From contig OY762463.1 in the NCBI GenBank assembly GCA_963665815.1, positions 2,285,949-2,349,948 on the forward strand: a stretch of 64,000 nt of DNA. The letters run 5' to 3'. Source of the DNA: Candidatus Cloacimonadales bacterium (GTDB lineage: Bacteria > Cloacimonadota > Cloacimonadia > Cloacimonadales > JAIOQZ01). A program made the position numbers and the translations under genes. The notes beneath the pieces are model-generated. The model had not been told where the DNA came from and did not search any database. It worked only from the letters and a program-made list of their open reading frames with translations. Of the stretch, positions 26,600 through 36,284 are shown piece by piece. Every line of letters begins with the position of its first letter. Position 1 is the stretch's first letter.

Positions 26600-28498
26600 A
26601 TGAAAAACTACGTTTATGCCGGATTCTGGGACAGATTTATAATGGGACTGCTTGATCTTATTATAGTTCTCGGACTGATTTATGTTATTAAAACTCCGTT
26701 ACATGTTAATTTCTTTTCCATATACTCGAAAGAACTGTCTCAGTTTTACACAGTCTGGTTTATCAGAGCAATACCGTTTCTGTATTATATTGGAAGCTGG
26801 AAGCTACTGGGTGGAACTCCTGCCAATATTGTAAGACAGGTCCGGATTCTGGATTGCGCCACAGGTGAAAAGCCTTCCCTTGTAAAGCTGTTAATCCGAT
26901 TCCCGGGAATGTTTGTATCAGCACCTCTTCTTTTTCTCGGGTACTTCCAAATGTTGTGGGATTCCCGTAAACAGACCTGGCATGATAAGCTTGCCGGCTC
27001 GGTTGTAGTAAGGAACAAGACTCACAAGAAAGCTGAAATCAGTATTGATGACATTGATAGTATTGCTGCTGAAACAGGATTGCAATTCCCAATAGAACCG
27101 TCCGAAAGAGATGTTTCACTCTGGAAGTTTGGAAGATTCGTTACTGCGATCTCAGCCGTGCTGTTTGTAATGTTCTGTATCTACTGGTTCAGGGATGAAC
27201 CGCTGTCTCCGGGAGCTAAGCAATGGCTGTCTGAGATAGATTATGAGATTGATGACCCTTACAACAATGTGTATTACCATCTGGACGGCTTTCAAGCTCC
27301 TGAAGGAATGTTGCCCTATATATATTCTAGAGAGAATGCCGAAATAAACAATAGAAATGTATTAAAATATCAACAAAATTTAGGTGTATCAAAAGCTGAT
27401 GAGATTCCGTTTGAGGAAGAACTAAATAATGAGTACTTTCCAGTGAATGATTTTAAGAAGCTTGCATTAAATCTCAAAGATCCTGATTCACTTTTTTTAT
27501 ACTGCACTCAAAGAAAATCAGATATACTAGCCCTTAAGCAGAAGTATTCATTTCTTGATGAGCGTTACAAGAAAATTGAAGAGCTTGCCACATCTGGTAC
27601 ATTCAGAAACCCGTTTATACCATCACCTATTACGAAATTGCCTATTTTCATGCATTATGTTTCTTATCTACGTATGCAAAACCATTTTAATTCTCTTGAT
27701 TATATTGAGGGATCAAGAAAAGACGCTGTGAAAAATCTACTTAGGAACTTATCTACAAATATTACATTAACAGAACAAGCACCGGACTTAATATCAAAGC
27801 TGGCTTTGTCTATAGCGGTCAGAGATCATATAATAACTCTCTGCCACTTATTGGACTACAATTCCAGTGATTCATGTATACATACTGAAATCGACAAAAT
27901 GAACTATTTAAGCAGTGACTTCACTGATATGACCAAAGTGTTTAAGTCTCAATTTTATGAGCAAATTGCTACTTTACTTACTACATACACATCTGTAAGA
28001 AAGCTCTACTCAAGAATACCATTTGAAATTACAGAGGAAGACATTAATTATGGCTATCTTCTCTCTCATCGACCTGGAGAAACTATAAATCAAGAATACA
28101 AGATGCTTGCAAGCTTAGCTGAGTTTTCCAAACTACCCGGTGATGAGTTTGTTCATAAGATTAACAGAGATTTCATTCCTCAAAGGAAAACTATCGATGC
28201 TCTTAGAAACTTGCCTCTGTATATTATTACAATTGCCGTTCCAGACTGGAATGAATACACAGTGAAACTGCATGATATCAATGGCACAATTACTCTGACA
28301 AAACTCAAATCTCTTATCTATCAAAACAACATTAAGAAAAGCAGTTTAGATGTTTTCCTTGAGGAAAATAAAGAAAAGCTGCATAATCCATTCAGTGATG
28401 AAGCGATTCAATTCAATGCAGAAACGAATGAGATTTACTATACCGGACCTTATCAGGAAGACCATAAAGATTACAGGAGTGTTAAACTCACATTTTAG
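26600..28498 (+). CDS. RDD-domain membrane protein fused to a large uncharacterised domain (paralog 4 of 4)
   Basis: ATG at 26600 is chosen by alignment with the paralogs; the track start at 26594 is a TTG two codons upstream. WDSRKQTWHDKLAGSVVV. Confidence 0.8.
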   Translation: MKNYVYAGFWDRFIMGLLDLIIVLGLIYVIKTPLHVNFFSIYSKELSQFYTVWFIRAIPFLYYIGSWKLLGGTPANIVRQVRILDCATGEKPSLVKLLIRFPGMFVSAPLLFLGYFQMLWDSRKQTWHDKLAGSVVVRNKTHKKAEISIDDIDSIAAETGLQFPIEPSERDVSLWKFGRFVTAISAVLFVMFCIYWFRDEPLSPGAKQWLSEIDYEIDDPYNNVYYHLDGFQAPEGMLPYIYSRENAEINNRNVLKYQQNLGVSKADEIPFEEELNNEYFPVNDFKKLALNLKDPDSLFLYCTQRKSDILALKQKYSFLDERYKKIEELATSGTFRNPFIPSPITKLPIFMHYVSYLRMQNHFNSLDYIEGSRKDAVKNLLRNLSTNITLTEQAPDLISKLALSIAVRDHIITLCHLLDYNSSDSCIHTEIDKMNYLSSDFTDMTKVFKSQFYEQIATLLTTYTSVRKLYSRIPFEITEEDINYGYLLSHRPGETINQEYKMLASLAEFSKLPGDEFVHKINRDFIPQRKTIDALRNLPLYIITIAVPDWNEYTVKLHDINGTITLTKLKSLIYQNNIKKSSLDVFLEENKEKLHNPFSDEAIQFNAETNEIYYTGPYQEDHKDYRSVKLTF

Positions 28499-28848
28499 TT
28501 GCATACAGATGATTAGAATCAACTATCAGTTTGACAGGCTCTTGTAGAGGCACAACATCTTGTGTCTCAGAATAAGTGGTACGCATGCATCTGTCTTCGT
28601 TGTAAATACACCAGACAAATCCTTGTCTGCAAATACAGCTTCAACAAAAAAATGCTCGAACGGCGTTGTAAGATAATTATATTAAAATTGATAGAGTTAG
28701 ATAATGCGAGCAGGGATGCTTCACATCGTTCACATTGAGACAACCGGTCGTATTTCTCTATGCGCTAAGGTCTACCTGCATTAATTTGTTTGGCAATCAT
28801 CAATATTTATCATATTTTATTATATATAATAATCTTATGGAGACGTAA

Positions 28849-29508
28849 ATGAACAATCATAAATTAGAATTCAGATATAATGATAAGATTAAAGCAATTA
28901 TTAAGGATGAAGAAGGTATAAATGATGCAGACAAGATAACTAAGATTATCCTGAAATATAATCTGCTTAAGGATTTTCAGCAAAGTATTGAATCCGAGAC
29001 AAGAAAACTTTCTCGAAAAATAAAAGACCTTTCCAGACAAGCATTTACTGACCCCAACATTAACATGCACAATAAAAATTTTCTGGATCATAAACTTGAT
29101 GTGCTTATTAATGATCTAGATAACGACGGACCTTTATTTAGTATCGTAATCTTTGATGTTTCTGAAGTTTACAACAACCTTGATTCAGATGATTTTAAGT
29201 TTATGAACAAGAATATCTCAACAAATCTTTCCATGCAGACAAGAGACATAGATATCATAAGTACAATGGACGAAACTCATTTTGCTTTAATCACATTTAC
29301 AATAGAAGAAAACTCGCTTACAGGCTATGCAGACAGGTGCAAGAATGTTATAGCAACTACTATTACAGATTTTACGGACACTGAAGGTGGTGTTAAGGAA
29401 AATATCTTTTACGGTTATTCCATCTCCAGATACTCAGATACTACCACCTCACTTCTGGACAGAGTAATTAACGAAACCCGGAAGGAAAAAGTAAAGGCAA
29501 AAGTTTAA
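28849..29508 (+). CDS. Degenerate GGDEF-domain protein with N-terminal coiled-coil
   Basis: DPNINMHNKNFLDHKL (compare DPLTGLPNRRxF), FSIVIFDVSEV (compare DIDHFK) and RDIDIISTMDETHFALI (compare RxxDxxxRxGGDEFxxx). The GGDEF signature is replaced by MDETH. Confidence 0.5.
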   Translation: MNNHKLEFRYNDKIKAIIKDEEGINDADKITKIILKYNLLKDFQQSIESETRKLSRKIKDLSRQAFTDPNINMHNKNFLDHKLDVLINDLDNDGPLFSIVIFDVSEVYNNLDSDDFKFMNKNISTNLSMQTRDIDIISTMDETHFALITFTIEENSLTGYADRCKNVIATTITDFTDTEGGVKENIFYGYSISRYSDTTTSLLDRVINETRKEKVKAKV

Positions 29509-29951
29509 CTCTCTGAAGTTTAGACCTTGGATTCACTGTAGTTACACATTTATTCCATATTGCATTAACTGGTTATTTTATTGTTGAACTTTATCTTATC
29601 ATGCCTCTTTGATTAACTCTTAAATTTCTGAACAATTTTCGTCAAATTTCACTGGACATAATTCTCATATAGATTAAGAGCTTTGCATAATAGCAAAATC
29701 GAAAAGCTTCGGTGAAAGAAATTCGATGAGATTTAAGAATTCATCAAAAAAACATTCAGAGGAGTTCGTTTTGAGCTGGAATCTGATGAATACTGAAATC
29801 GAGTCAACTACTCCTGTTAAGTAAAGCTCTCAGATTACTTTTCTGCTATATTAGTTTTATGTAATTACTGAAAAATCGGATAAGTTTTATTGAAGTAAAA
29901 GCAGAGTTACTACAGACTGAAAGATTCATATAATCGTAAGGTGTTATTTTT

Positions 29952-31109
29952 ATGAAAAAGAAAATTATCTATATTGTGTTGGTTATTGTTACTGCTTTTT
30001 TTGCATATCGTGTCTACAATCTTGTAAAAGACAAATATTTTGCATCTACTGGTAACAACAGAAGAAATCAGGCTACAGCAGTCTATGCAGAAAATATCCC
30101 ATTAGGCAGTATATCTGACATTATTGAGCTCAATGGAGACCTTAAAGCGTTATATTCATACAAGCTGAAAGCTGAAGTATCAGGTACCCTGAATAAAATC
30201 AACTGTGAACTCGGTGATCAGATTGATGAAGCGAAAACAGCTGCTTTTATTGATGACCACGAGTATATACTCAGGAGCAGAGAAGCAGAAGCTCAACTGA
30301 ATGTTAAACAGGCAAAATATAATCAGCAGAACAGTAAAAAGAAAAATGCCGAAGCTGATTTTCAAAGAGCCCAGTCCCTGCATTCCCAAAGTTTCATATC
30401 CGACTCGGAATTCGAAGAAGCAGAATATGACTACAACACTTTTATTGCAGACTATCATACAGCCGGAGCTGAATTAGCTGCCGCTCAGGCACAGTTCGAT
30501 CTGGCTCAGACAGATTTGCACAAAACCAAACTCAGAGTTAATAAAAAGGGTATCGTTGCAGAAAAGTTCTATGATATTGGCAGCTACATCAGTGCCGGAA
30601 GTTCTGTATTCACAATTGTAAACATCGACACTATTATTGTCAGGACATCCATCTCAGAAAAAGATTATCCGAAAGTGAACCGGGGTCAGTCTGTGGAAAT
30701 CCATATTGATGCTATGCCGCAGAGAAAATTTACCGGCTATATCTCAGCTATTGCACCGGTACTTAACACCGAAACCAGAATGGCAAATCTGGAAATTAAA
30801 ATAGAAAACAAAGACAAATCCCTGAAACCGGGTATGTACTGTACAATCAGAATTTATGCTGAAGAAAAATCAAATGTTCCACTAATACCTAATAATGTAA
30901 TTGTGAAAGTTAATGATGTATCCGGAGTATATTCTGTTGATGAAAAGGAGATGAAAGCAATATTCGTACCTGTAAAACTTGGTATTATCTCAGAAAAATA
31001 CTCAGAATTGCTCTCACCTGTTATAAATAACAAAATCATTACATTCGGACAGTTCCAGATCAAGAAAGGTTCATCTGTTAAGATCACAAATGAGAATGGT
31101 GGTAAATAA
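29952..31109 (+). CDS. Efflux RND transporter periplasmic adaptor (HlyD/MFP family)
   Basis: N-terminal anchor, lipoyl-like and coiled-coil segment (AELAAAQAQFDLAQTDLHKTKL), beta-barrel region. Immediately upstream of the RND permease. Confidence 0.8.
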   Translation: MKKKIIYIVLVIVTAFFAYRVYNLVKDKYFASTGNNRRNQATAVYAENIPLGSISDIIELNGDLKALYSYKLKAEVSGTLNKINCELGDQIDEAKTAAFIDDHEYILRSREAEAQLNVKQAKYNQQNSKKKNAEADFQRAQSLHSQSFISDSEFEEAEYDYNTFIADYHTAGAELAAAQAQFDLAQTDLHKTKLRVNKKGIVAEKFYDIGSYISAGSSVFTIVNIDTIIVRTSISEKDYPKVNRGQSVEIHIDAMPQRKFTGYISAIAPVLNTETRMANLEIKIENKDKSLKPGMYCTIRIYAEEKSNVPLIPNNVIVKVNDVSGVYSVDEKEMKAIFVPVKLGIISEKYSELLSPVINNKIITFGQFQIKKGSSVKITNENGGK

Positions 31110-31111
31110 GA

Positions 31112-34100
31112 ATGAGTATTGCAAGAGGTCCCGTTGAACGCCCGGTGCTGACATTTATCATATTTCTGATAATTGTTATACTCGGTATAATATCATTCTT
31201 TCGTTTACCTATAGATCTTATGCCGGAGATTACATATCCGACAATCTCAGTGGCAACAAGCTATCCGAATGTTGGTCCTCAGGAAATTGAGGAACAGATA
31301 ACGCGAATAGTCGAAGAAGCAATTGCTGCTGTTCAAGGGGTTAAAGAAATTACTTCTACATCCACAGAAGGAAGCAGTTCCGTGAGAATATCTTTCGAGT
31401 GGGGTACAAATCTGGATATTGCAGCGAATGATGTAAGAGACCGCATTGACAGAATTCTCTCCAGACTACCCGATGATGTAGACCGTCCTTCTATCCGCAA
31501 GTTCGACCTCTCTGCATTCCCTGTTCTGATTCTCGGAGTTTCCGCAGAAATGGATCCACTTGTTCTGAAGCAGACAATAGAAGATCAGATTAAGTACAGA
31601 CTGGAAAGAATAAACGGAGTAGCGTCTATTGATATCAGAGGTGGGTGGAACAGAGAAATCAGTGTGCGGCTTTCATCTGAAAAAATGCAGGCATACGGGA
31701 TATCAATTACAGAGATTCAGAATGCGATTGCCAGGGATAATGAAAATACTCCTGTCGGACTGGTTACCAATGGTGGAAGAGATTTACTGGTCAGGACAAT
31801 GGGACAGTTTACTTCATTAAATGAATTGAAAAACGTTGTCGTCAGGAATGTTGATCAGCAATCCGTAAAGCTCTCAGATATTTGTGAAATTGAGGATACT
31901 CACGAGGAAATAACACAGATACACAGAATCGACAATAAACCTGGTTTAAGAATATCCATAAGTAAGCAGTCCGGAGCTAACACTGTAGATGTTGTGAAAA
32001 CAATCAAACATGAGCTGAAAAAAATAGCTCAGGATTATCCTCAGATACAGCTTGTACCGATAATCGATTCATCAAAATATATCAAGCAATCTATCAACAA
32101 TGTCGGTGTATCCGTATTTGTGGGAGGTCTGCTTGCCATAGTCATTCTTTTCCTTTTTCTCGGGAACATCTCCAGCACGGGGATTATTGCAACTGCGATT
32201 CCGGTCTCTGTTTTAGCTACATTCGGACTTCTCTACTTCTCTGGTCTCACTCTCAACATCATGACATTTGGAGGTCTTGCTCTTGGAATAGGGATGCTTG
32301 TAGACAGCTCTATTGTTGTTCTGGAGAACATTTCCCGGCACAAGGAGAAAGGAAGTTCGGTAATTAAAAGTACCTTGCAGGGAACCTCTGAGGTCTGGTC
32401 TGCCATTCTTGCCAGTGTTCTGACAACTATCGTAGTATTCCTGCCTGTTATATTCATAAAAGGTATGTCCGGTGTCATGTTCCAGCAGATGGCTATAGTG
32501 GTGAGTTTCTCGCTTCTGTGTTCACTTGTTGTCTCATTGACTCTTATTCCGATGCTCAGTTCAAGGTTCATGTCTGAAAAAAGTGCAGATGCTAATAAAG
32601 CAGGTACTCTTCCTGCAGTAAAATTCGTTTCATCCCTGTTGAAAAAAGCAGAAGACTACTATCTGAAAATCCTGAGATTCTCACTTCTTAACCGTAAATA
32701 TATTCTGATAATTTGCGGACTGTTGTTTGCTGTTTCTCTGTTTATGATTACACTGATTGGTGTGGAGCTCATGCCGGAAACAGATGAAGGTGAGGTTCGG
32801 GTTGACCTCGAAATGGCTATTGGGACAGAACTGGAAGATATTGACGCCATGACAACCAGAGCAGAAAAAATCGTCAGTGATAACGTACCTGAGCTTGTTT
32901 CGATGATAACCAGAATAGGAAGTGGAGGGTGGAGAGCTCGTGGAGGACACACTTCTCAGATCAGGATATCTTTACCTGAGAGAAACAATAGGAAACGCAG
33001 CAGCAAGGAAATAGCTAATGACTTAAGAAAGAAGCTCAGCAGTCTTGTTGGAGTTAAAATCCGAACCAGAGCAGCCGGTGGTTTATTCATTATGCGCATG
33101 GGAACATCTTCTGATGATAATCTCAGCGTTGAAGTACGTGGCTATAACCTTAAAATTGCTAATGATCTTGCCAAAAAAATAGATGAAGCTGTCCAACAGG
33201 TTACGGGAATTACAGATACAAGAATCAGCCGGGAAGAAGGGAATCCTGAACTGGTTTTGCATATAGACAGAGAAAAAGCTGCTGACTCCGGTCTCAGTAT
33301 AAGTGATGTGACTGATGCTCTGCAAACTCTAATAAGCGGATCAAACGTTTCATACTACCGTGAATCAGGAAAGCAATTCCCTATATTTGTTCGTCTGAAA
33401 GAAGAAGACAGAACATCTATGAAAGACATCCTGAATTTGTCACTGCAGAACAGGAATGGAGACTATGTTATTCTGAGTAATATAATATCTACAGAAACTT
33501 CAGAAGGTCCGATCAGGATCGAGAGGAAAAACCAGGAGAGAATCATAAATATCACAGCCAACTTTATTGGTCGCGATATGGGATCAGTTATAAAAGACGT
33601 GCGCAAGGCTATTAAGGACATACCTGTGCACAAAGATTTCTCTATTCTTTTTGGTGGAGATTACGAAGAACAACAGAAGTCTTTCAGGGAGTTGATGTTT
33701 GCCTTTGCGTTGGCGATTGTGCTCGTATTTCTCGTTATGGCAGGTCAATTCGAGTCGTTCCTCGATCCCTTTGTAATCCTGTTTTCAGTACCAATGGCGC
33801 TGATCGGGGTTGTGATAACTATGATCTTCACGAATACAGTATTCAGTATGCAGGCATTGATAGGCTGCATTATGCTGGCAGGAATTGTGGTAAATAATGC
33901 TATTTTACTCGTGGACTATACGAACAGACTGCGCAGAGAAAGTGGTCTATCCCTGCAAAGCGCTATTGAAACAGCAGGACTGGGAAGGCTGAGACCTATC
34001 CTGATGACAACTCTGACGACAATCCTCGGGCTGCTGCCAATGTCTTTTGGTATTGGAGATGGCGGCGAAGCTCAGGCTCCTATGGGAAGAGTTGTTATTG

Positions 34101-34195
34101 GTGGACTTATCAGTTCAACACTTATTACTCTGGTTCTGGTTCCGGTAATCTACAGTATATTTGAACAAAGACTAAAGAAGGAAAATTCTACGTAA
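31112..34195 (+). CDS. RND efflux permease (AcrB/CzcA superfamily)
   Basis: 1027 aa with 12 TM helices and two large periplasmic loops. N-terminus RPVLTFIIFLIIVILGIISFFRLPIDLMPEITYPTISV and C-terminal GRLRPILMTTLTTILGLLPM are typical. Confidence 0.9.
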   Translation: MSIARGPVERPVLTFIIFLIIVILGIISFFRLPIDLMPEITYPTISVATSYPNVGPQEIEEQITRIVEEAIAAVQGVKEITSTSTEGSSSVRISFEWGTNLDIAANDVRDRIDRILSRLPDDVDRPSIRKFDLSAFPVLILGVSAEMDPLVLKQTIEDQIKYRLERINGVASIDIRGGWNREISVRLSSEKMQAYGISITEIQNAIARDNENTPVGLVTNGGRDLLVRTMGQFTSLNELKNVVVRNVDQQSVKLSDICEIEDTHEEITQIHRIDNKPGLRISISKQSGANTVDVVKTIKHELKKIAQDYPQIQLVPIIDSSKYIKQSINNVGVSVFVGGLLAIVILFLFLGNISSTGIIATAIPVSVLATFGLLYFSGLTLNIMTFGGLALGIGMLVDSSIVVLENISRHKEKGSSVIKSTLQGTSEVWSAILASVLTTIVVFLPVIFIKGMSGVMFQQMAIVVSFSLLCSLVVSLTLIPMLSSRFMSEKSADANKAGTLPAVKFVSSLLKKAEDYYLKILRFSLLNRKYILIICGLLFAVSLFMITLIGVELMPETDEGEVRVDLEMAIGTELEDIDAMTTRAEKIVSDNVPELVSMITRIGSGGWRARGGHTSQIRISLPERNNRKRSSKEIANDLRKKLSSLVGVKIRTRAAGGLFIMRMGTSSDDNLSVEVRGYNLKIANDLAKKIDEAVQQVTGITDTRISREEGNPELVLHIDREKAADSGLSISDVTDALQTLISGSNVSYYRESGKQFPIFVRLKEEDRTSMKDILNLSLQNRNGDYVILSNIISTETSEGPIRIERKNQERIINITANFIGRDMGSVIKDVRKAIKDIPVHKDFSILFGGDYEEQQKSFRELMFAFALAIVLVFLVMAGQFESFLDPFVILFSVPMALIGVVITMIFTNTVFSMQALIGCIMLAGIVVNNAILLVDYTNRLRRESGLSLQSAIETAGLGRLRPILMTTLTTILGLLPMSFGIGDGGEAQAPMGRVVIGGLISSTLITLVLVPVIYSIFEQRLKKENST

Positions 34196-34943
34196 GCACT
34201 ACATCTATCCCGATAAGAATAATGACGGCAAATACTATCAGGAAAAGGCATAAAGTATATGTCAGCAGGATTTTCAGTATCCTCAGGATGATATTTCCCG
34301 AATTGAAAAACTGAGCATAAGCAAAAAGCGAATACAGCAGTGAAAGCAACATAGGTAAAAACTGTAGCCAGATGTTTTCAGGCTCTTCGGCTGCATATAT
34401 TATAGTGAACAATACGAAAATAAAGATCTGCTGTGCTATAGCGTATATATTGAATACCAGATGTTCAAAGTAGTTATAACCTGATTTGAAAAAGACCATT
34501 CTGGATGATAAAGCCAATATTGGGCTTACCAGTAATGCAGAATAAGCAAAGTTTTTCCCGAACCAGCTCAAAATCCTGAAACTGCTGCTAAGAGCATTAC
34601 CGTCATGCTGCAATCCGCCGATTATTCCGCTTAATGCATCCCCGAAAATCGTTCTTCGCCCGATTATAAGTGATAGAATGACATAAATTGCTGATGCCAG
34701 AAACAGGTATGTGACAGGTTTAGTATATTTAATCCTCTTTCCCATGAGGTAGTTTCTTACGGCAGCACCGGGACGATAACACATTTCCCTGAATGTAAAC
34801 GGGAATCCTCGATTAATCTGCAAAGCTGTTGATGAGAAATCCGACAGAAAATGCCTGAAACTGATTCTGCTGATTTTTTTTGACTGACCGCAATTATTAC
34901 AGAAATTACCTTCGAACTCGTTGTTACAATTCTTACAAACCAT
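34188..34943 (-). CDS. DUF3667-like membrane protein with N-terminal zinc ribbon
   Basis: Start at ATG 34943 (MVCKNCNNEFEGNFCNNCGQ), followed by a polytopic hydrophobic region. 8-nt convergent overlap with the RND gene. Confidence 0.6.
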   Translation of the reverse strand: MVCKNCNNEFEGNFCNNCGQSKKISRISFRHFLSDFSSTALQINRGFPFTFREMCYRPGAAVRNYLMGKRIKYTKPVTYLFLASAIYVILSLIIGRRTIFGDALSGIIGGLQHDGNALSSSFRILSWFGKNFAYSALLVSPILALSSRMVFFKSGYNYFEHLVFNIYAIAQQIFIFVLFTIIYAAEEPENIWLQFLPMLLSLLYSLFAYAQFFNSGNIILRILKILLTYTLCLFLIVFAVIILIGIDVVLT

Positions 34944-35307
34944 GTTATCCTTACCTGTATTTAATACCAGTCTTGATATATGAAACAGCTCAAAGATTGT
35001 CAACAAGATTTAGTTTGGTATCTACCTCCTTCATTTACTGTGTGTGAAAACGCAAGTTATCTTAAAGTTAATGGTAATTTTTGTCGTTTCTTTGTTCAAA
35101 GCATATCCCCTTCGACTCCGCTCAGGGAGCTTTTAAGTCATAGCATATCTATCAGTTAAGTTGGTTGGGCGGAGTCGAAGGGATTAGTTTAAAATGATTA
35201 AAATGACAAAATTATGTTTTTACAAGCAATGTGAGCTTGGGCGATTGGAATAAAGAAAAGCCTGTCAGATTCCTCCGGCAGGCTCAGATATCGGTTGCAT
35301 TTTTTGT

Positions 35308-36030
35308 TTAGTAAGGATATTGTGTGTATCCCGATTTTTCATAAAGCTTTTTCAGTTCACCACTCTTTATTAATTCTGCCATTCTTGTGTCCCAGATTTT
35401 AAGCAGTTCCTTACCGCGATCTGTTCCAACGAAAGCAACAAAAAGTTTCAGTTTAAGCAGTTCCTTAATTTCCACTTCACCCTTTAGTTCAGGGTTCTTA
35501 TTAAGAGCATCTCCAATCTCAACAGAGGCATCAATAAGAACATCAAATCGGTTATTCTTGAGCATTTTCAAACCGCTGACACGATTATCAATCTCTTGAA
35601 ATTCAGGTTTGAAATCGAAGTATTCATCATAGCCGTAGCCTCTCATCCAGGCGAGTCTCTTATCTTTAAGAGAGCTGATACCCTTCCAACCCGGGCATTT
35701 TCCCTTGATGAAGCAGGCGGAAACTTTATCTGTATCAAAATGATGTTCCGGGAACACAGCAAATTCTTCTTCATCTGCATAAGCTCCAACCCAGGCATCT
35801 TTCGATCCTGCTTCAACTTCATGGACTCCTCTTGCATAAGGAGCACTGCTGATATTGACTTTGACTCCAGCCGGTTCAAATACAAGCTTAACCAGATCCC
35901 AGTAAAGACCTGTTCCGTCGGCGTTGGTTGCACCTTCCCATTCTTCACTTGTGATATTGATTTCAGTAACTTGAGCAAATAAGCTAACAACAGCAATAAC
36001 TGCCAATAGCATGAAAACTGACTTTTTCAT
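35308..36030 (-). CDS. Secreted family-3 solute-binding-protein-like protein (orphan)
   Basis: GAAGGAAG RBS. Signal peptide MKKSVFMLLAVIAVVSLFA. Size and layout resemble the 2514..3257 product. Confidence 0.5.
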   Translation of the reverse strand: MKKSVFMLLAVIAVVSLFAQVTEINITSEEWEGATNADGTGLYWDLVKLVFEPAGVKVNISSAPYARGVHEVEAGSKDAWVGAYADEEEFAVFPEHHFDTDKVSACFIKGKCPGWKGISSLKDKRLAWMRGYGYDEYFDFKPEFQEIDNRVSGLKMLKNNRFDVLIDASVEIGDALNKNPELKGEVEIKELLKLKLFVAFVGTDRGKELLKIWDTRMAELIKSGELKKLYEKSGYTQYPY

Positions 36031-36181
36031 AATACTTCCTTCTATGTAGTATGTTAAACTATAATGCTACATGTTAATATATTAGCAAGCAATTTCTGGC
36101 AGAACTTGAATTGAGTTACGCATTCCCGACATTAAAATGGCTAAAAATAAGGGACAAAAACTTGTACCCTGACTAAAATAC

Positions 36182-36210
36182 AAAAAGCCTGTCAGATTTC
36201 CCTGACAGGC
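36182..36210 (-). terminator. Rho-independent terminator after the T9SS cargo island
   Basis: On the minus strand: GCCTGTCAG-GGAAAT-CTGACAGGC followed by TTTTTG. Confidence 0.7.
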
Positions 36211-36266
36211 TTCTTAACAATTTATGAATTAATGTCAGATTGTTTCTACATTAATTGACATTCTGG
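36208..36266. repeat. 59-bp perfect direct repeat, left copy (orphan duplicate of the atpC 3' end)
   Basis: Identical to 44782..44840. Contains the last 9 codons (RMSINVETI), the stop and 27 nt of 3' UTR of atpC, detached from any atpC body. Confidence 0.95.
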
Positions 36267-36284
36267 GGAGGCAAATATAAGGTA

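Noticed and set aside
29726-29824. 32-codon ORF (MRFKNSSKKHSEEFVLSWNLMNTEIESTTPVK) in the leader of the RND operon.
   Set aside because: The RBS is weak or absent, and the start overlaps a hairpin of the repeat type. There is no evidence of coding beyond being open.
35108-35121. tRNA-like T-arm resemblance (TTCGACTCC) in the inverted repeat.
   Set aside because: The flanking bases cannot form a T-stem or an acceptor stem. It is just a shared 9-mer with tRNA-Glu.
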